From the NCBI GenBank assembly GCA_964016885.1, contig OZ024753.1, positions 22,816,001 through 22,880,000 of the forward strand: a DNA stretch of 64,000 nt, given 5' to 3'. The DNA is from Eledone cirrhosa. Taxonomy: Eukaryota. The stretch's first letter is position 1. Every line of letters begins with the position of its first letter. The translations under genes were made by a program, and so were the position numbers. Positions 61,101 to 64,000 of the stretch are shown one piece after another. The notes below the pieces were generated by a model that was given only the letters and a program-made list of their open reading frames with translations, ran no database searches and was not told where the DNA came from.

Positions 61101-63105
61101 TTGACTGTCGTGTTGGTGGTGGTGGAGGTGGTGTTGGTATTGACTGTCGTGTTGTTGGTGGAGGTGGTGTTGGTGTTGACTGTCGTGTTGGTGGTGGTGG
61201 AGGTGGTGTTGGTGTTGACTGTCGTGTTGGTGGTGGTGGAGGTGGTGTTGGTATTGACTGTCGTGTTGTTGGTGGTGGAGGTGGTGTTTGTGTTGACTGT
61301 CGTGTTGGTGGTGGTGGAGGTGGTGTTGGTGTTGACTGTTGTGTTGGTGGTGGTGGAGGTGGTGTCGGTGTTGACTGTCGTGTTGGTGGTGGTGGTGGTG
61401 GTGTTGGTGTTGACTGTCGTGTTGGTGGTGGTGGAGGTGGTGTCGGTGTTGACTGTTGAGTTGGTGGTGGTGGAGGTGGTGTTGGTGTTGACTGTTGTGT
61501 TGGTGGTGGTGGAGGTGGTGTTGGTGTTGACTGTCGTGTTGGTGGTGGTGGAGGTGGTGTCGGTGTTGACTGTCGTGTTGGTGGTGCTGGTGGTGGTGTT
61601 GGTGTTGACTGTCGTGTTGTTGGTGGTGGAGGTGGTGTTGGTGTTGACTGTCGTGTTGTTGGTGGTGGAGGTGGTGTTGGTTTTGACTGTCGTGTTGGTG
61701 GTGGGGAGGTGGTGCTGATGTTGACTGTCGTGTTGGTGGTGGTGGATTTGGTGTTGGTGTTGACTGTCGTGTTGGTGGTGGTGGTGGTGGTGTTGGTGTT
61801 GACTGTCGTGTTGGTGGTGGTGGAGGTGGTGTTGGTGTTGACTGTCGTGTTGGTGGTGGTGGTGGTGGTGTTGGTGTTGACTGTCGTGTTGGTGGTGGTG
61901 GAGGTGGTGTTGGTGTTGACTGTCGTGTTGGTGGTGGTGGAGGTGGTGTTGGTGTCAACTGTCGTGGAGGTGGTGGAGGTGGTGTTGGTGTTGACTGTCG
62001 TGTTGTTGGTGGTGGAGGTGGTGTTGGTGTTGACTGTCGTGTTGATGCTGGAGGTGGTGTTGGTGTCGACTGTCGTGTTGGTGGTGGTGGAGGTGGTGTT
62101 GGTGTTGACTGTCGTGTTGGTGGTGGTGGAGGTGGTGTTGGTGTTGACTGTCGTGTTGGTGGTGGTGGAGGTGGTGTTGGTGTCAACTGTCGTGGAGGTG
62201 GTGGAGGTGGTGTTGGTGTTGACTGTCGTGTTGGTGCTGGAGGTGGTGTTGGTGTCGACTGTCGTGTTGGTGGTGGTGGAGGTGGTGTTGGTGTTGACAG
62301 TCGTGTTGGTGGTGGTGGAGGTGGTGTTGGTGTTGACTGTCGTGTTGGTGGTGGTGGAGGTGGTGTTGGTGTTGACTGTCGTGTTGGTGGTGGTGGAGGT
62401 GGTGTTGGTGTCGACTGTCGTGTTGGTGGTGGAGGTGGTGTTGGTGTTGACTGTCGTGTTGGTGGTGGAGGTGGAGTTGGTGTTGGTGTTGACTGTCGTG
62501 TTGGTGGTGGTGGTGGAGTTGGTGTTGGTGTTGACTTTCGTGTTGTTGGTGGTGGTGGTGGTGTTGGTGTTGACTGTTGTGTTGGTGGTGGTGGAGGTGG
62601 TGTTGGTGTTGACTGTCGTGTTGGTGGTGGTGGAGTTGGTGTTGGTGTTGACTTTCGTGTTGTTGGTGGTGGAGGTGGTGTTGGTGTTGACTGTCGTGTT
62701 GGTGGTGGTGGAGTTGGTGTTGGTGTTGACTTTCGTGTTGTTGGTGTTTGTGGTGGTGTTGGTGTTGACTGTTGTGTTGGTGGTGGTGGAGGTGGTGTCG
62801 TAGTTGACTGTCGTGTTGGTGGTGGTGGAGGAGGTGTTGGTGTTGACTGTCGTGTTGTTGGTGGTGGAGGTGGTGTTGGTGTTGACTGTCGTGTTGGTGG
62901 TGGTGGAGTTGGTGTTGGTGTTGACTTTCGTGTTGTTGGTGGTGGTGGTGGTGTTGGTGTTGACTGTTGTGTTGGTGGTGGTGGAGGTGGTGTCGTAGTT
63001 GACTGTCGTGTTGGTGGTGGTGGAGGAGGTGTTGGTGTTGACTGTCGTGTTGTTGGTGGTGGTGGTGGTGTTGGTGTTGACTGTCGTGTTGATGGTGGTG
63101 GTGGT
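58133..63105. repeat. 2483-bp apparently perfect tandem duplication (~58133-60615 and ~60616-63100)
   Basis: Identical ORFs lie at offset 2483 (59226/61709, 60321/62804, minus-strand starts 59703/62186). Private variants TGTTGAGTTG, GGGGAGGTGGTGCTGATG, GGATTTGG, ACTTTC and GTTTGTGG are shared. Confidence 0.96.
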
Positions 63106-64000
63106 GGTGGTGTTGGTGTTGACTGTTGTGTTGGTGGTGGTGGAGGTGGTGTCGTAGTTAACTGTCGTGTTGTTGGTGGTGGAGGTGGTGTTGGTGTCGA
63201 CTGCGTGTTGGTGGTGGTGGAGATGTTGGTGTTGACTGTCGTGTTGTTGGTGGTGGAGGTGGTGTCGTAGTTGACTGTCGTGTTGGTGGTGGTGGAGGAG
63301 GTGTTGGTGTTGACTGTCGTGTTGTTGGTGGTGGTGGTGGTGGTGTTGGTGTTGACTGTTGTGTTGGTGGTGGTGGAGGTGGTGTCGTAGTTAACTGTCG
63401 TGTTGTTGGTGGTGGAGGTGGTGTTGGTGTCGACTGCGTGTTGGTGGTGGTGGAGATGTTGGTGTTGACTGTCGTGTTGTTGGTGGTGGTGGTGTTGGTG
63501 TTGACTGTCGTGTTGTTGGTGGTGGTGGTGGTGTTGGTGTTGACTGTCGTGTTGGTGGTGGAGGAGGTGTTGGTGTTGACTGTCGTGTTGTTGGTGGTGG
63601 TGGTGTTGGTGTTGACTGTCGTGTTGTTGGTGGTGGTGGTGGTGTTGGTGTTGACTGTCGTGTTGTTGGTGGTGGAGGTGGTGTTGGTGTTGACTGTCGT
63701 GTTGGTGGTGGTGGAGGTGGTGTTGGTGTTGACTGTCGTGTTAATGGTGGTGGAGGTGATGTTGGTGTTGACTGTCGTGTTGGTGGGGGTGGTGGAGGTT
63801 GGTGTTGGTGTTGACTGTCGTGTTGGTGGTGGTGGTGGAGGTGGTGTCGGTGTTGACTGTCGTGTTGGTGGTGGTGGAGGTGGTGTTGGTGTTGACTGTC
63901 GTGTTGGTGCTGGTGGTGGAGGTGGTGCTGGTGTTGACTGTCGTGTTGGTGGTGGTGGAGGTGGTGTTGGTGTTGACTGTCGTGTTGGTGGGGGTGGTGG

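Larger units (their letters stand above)
1..64000. repeat. Giant tandem array (minisatellite/satellite) of a 39-bp monomer GTTGACTGTCGTGTTGGTGGTGGTGGAGGTGGTGTTGGT, ~1,650 copies, extending beyond both window ends
   Basis: The anchor GTTGACTGTCGT recurs every ~39 bp (33/36/42-bp length variants) from the first line to the last. ORF translations show a 13-aa period ([65 protein letters not shown]). No non-repeat sequence or inversion was seen. Confidence 0.99.

Noticed and set aside
39360-61600. E. coli Chi sites GCTGGTGG in GCT-variant monomers, and GGAGGTGG matching part of the Jeffreys minisatellite core
   Set aside because: GCTGGTGG is one substitution from the GGTGGTGG background and GGAGGTGG is a trivial match in a (GGN)n tract. 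There is no evidence of a bacterial source or of function.
1-64000. Plus-strand Val/Leu-rich ORFs (up to ~1,100 aa) as membrane proteins
   Set aside because: They are pure repeat translations that start at GTG/TTG inside monomers. Common variants (GTCGTAG, GTGTAG) repeatedly put TAG stops in this frame, and there is no domain structure.
1-64000. CRISPR array (regular ~39-bp periodicity with a conserved core)
   Set aside because: There are no unique spacers, as the sequence between anchors is the same low-complexity GGT/GTT tract. No cas genes or leader are present.
1-64000. GGAGG followed by GTG/TTG in most monomers as Shine-Dalgarno plus start codon
   Set aside because: This is a compositional coincidence of the repeat. 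There is no prokaryotic gene context, and the downstream frames are repeat-only.
1-64000. Canonical telomerase-synthesised telomeric repeat
   Set aside because: The 39-bp unit is longer than the telomerase repeats I know, and inherited multi-kb duplications of variant patterns point to recombination rather than fresh templated synthesis.
1-64000. Absence of stop codons in the Thr/Asn frame as proof of purifying selection
   Set aside because: The codons used (ACA, GTC, AAC, ACC, TCC, ACG) each need at least two substitutions to become a stop, so their absence is expected neutrally.
1-64000. Pure sequencing or basecaller artefact, or synthetic sequence
   Set aside because: Position-specific variants with nested duplications of different divergence are what real satellite evolution produces. 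Only the copy number of the near-identical blocks remains open to assembly error.
1-64000. tRNA, rRNA, structured ncRNA, terminators, transposon ends or inverted repeats
   Set aside because: With ~5% C and ~5% A on the plus strand there is almost no Watson-Crick self-complementarity beyond 6-bp palindromes, and no such motifs were seen.

Overview
The whole 64 kb window is one uninterrupted head-to-tail tandem array of a 39-bp G/T-rich monomer, consensus GTTGACTGTCGTGTTGGTGGTGGTGGAGGTGGTGTTGGT (20 G, 15 T, 2 A, 2 C). It holds roughly 1,650 copies, all in one orientation, and runs off both window edges. I found no unique sequence, recognisable gene, RNA gene, transposon or CRISPR array. The long ORFs are by-products of the repeat: 39 is a multiple of 3 and five of the six frames of the consensus have no stop. 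About 70 frameshifting indels (counted by eye) shuffle these frames, so an intact protein-coding gene is unlikely. The real information is in the monomer variants. They show nested higher-order duplications (75, 156, 420, 965, 1796, 2483, ~2600-2950 and 6321 bp), a recurrent multi-monomer cassette, regional zoning of variants and a loose ~6.5 kb super-period. The best reading is a giant, probably eukaryotic, minisatellite/satellite array evolving by slippage and unequal exchange. Descent from a Thr/Asn-rich mucin-like exon on the minus strand remains an untested alternative. I cannot support a claim of a new biological system from this sequence alone. All coordinates and counts were read by eye and are approximate to within about one monomer.
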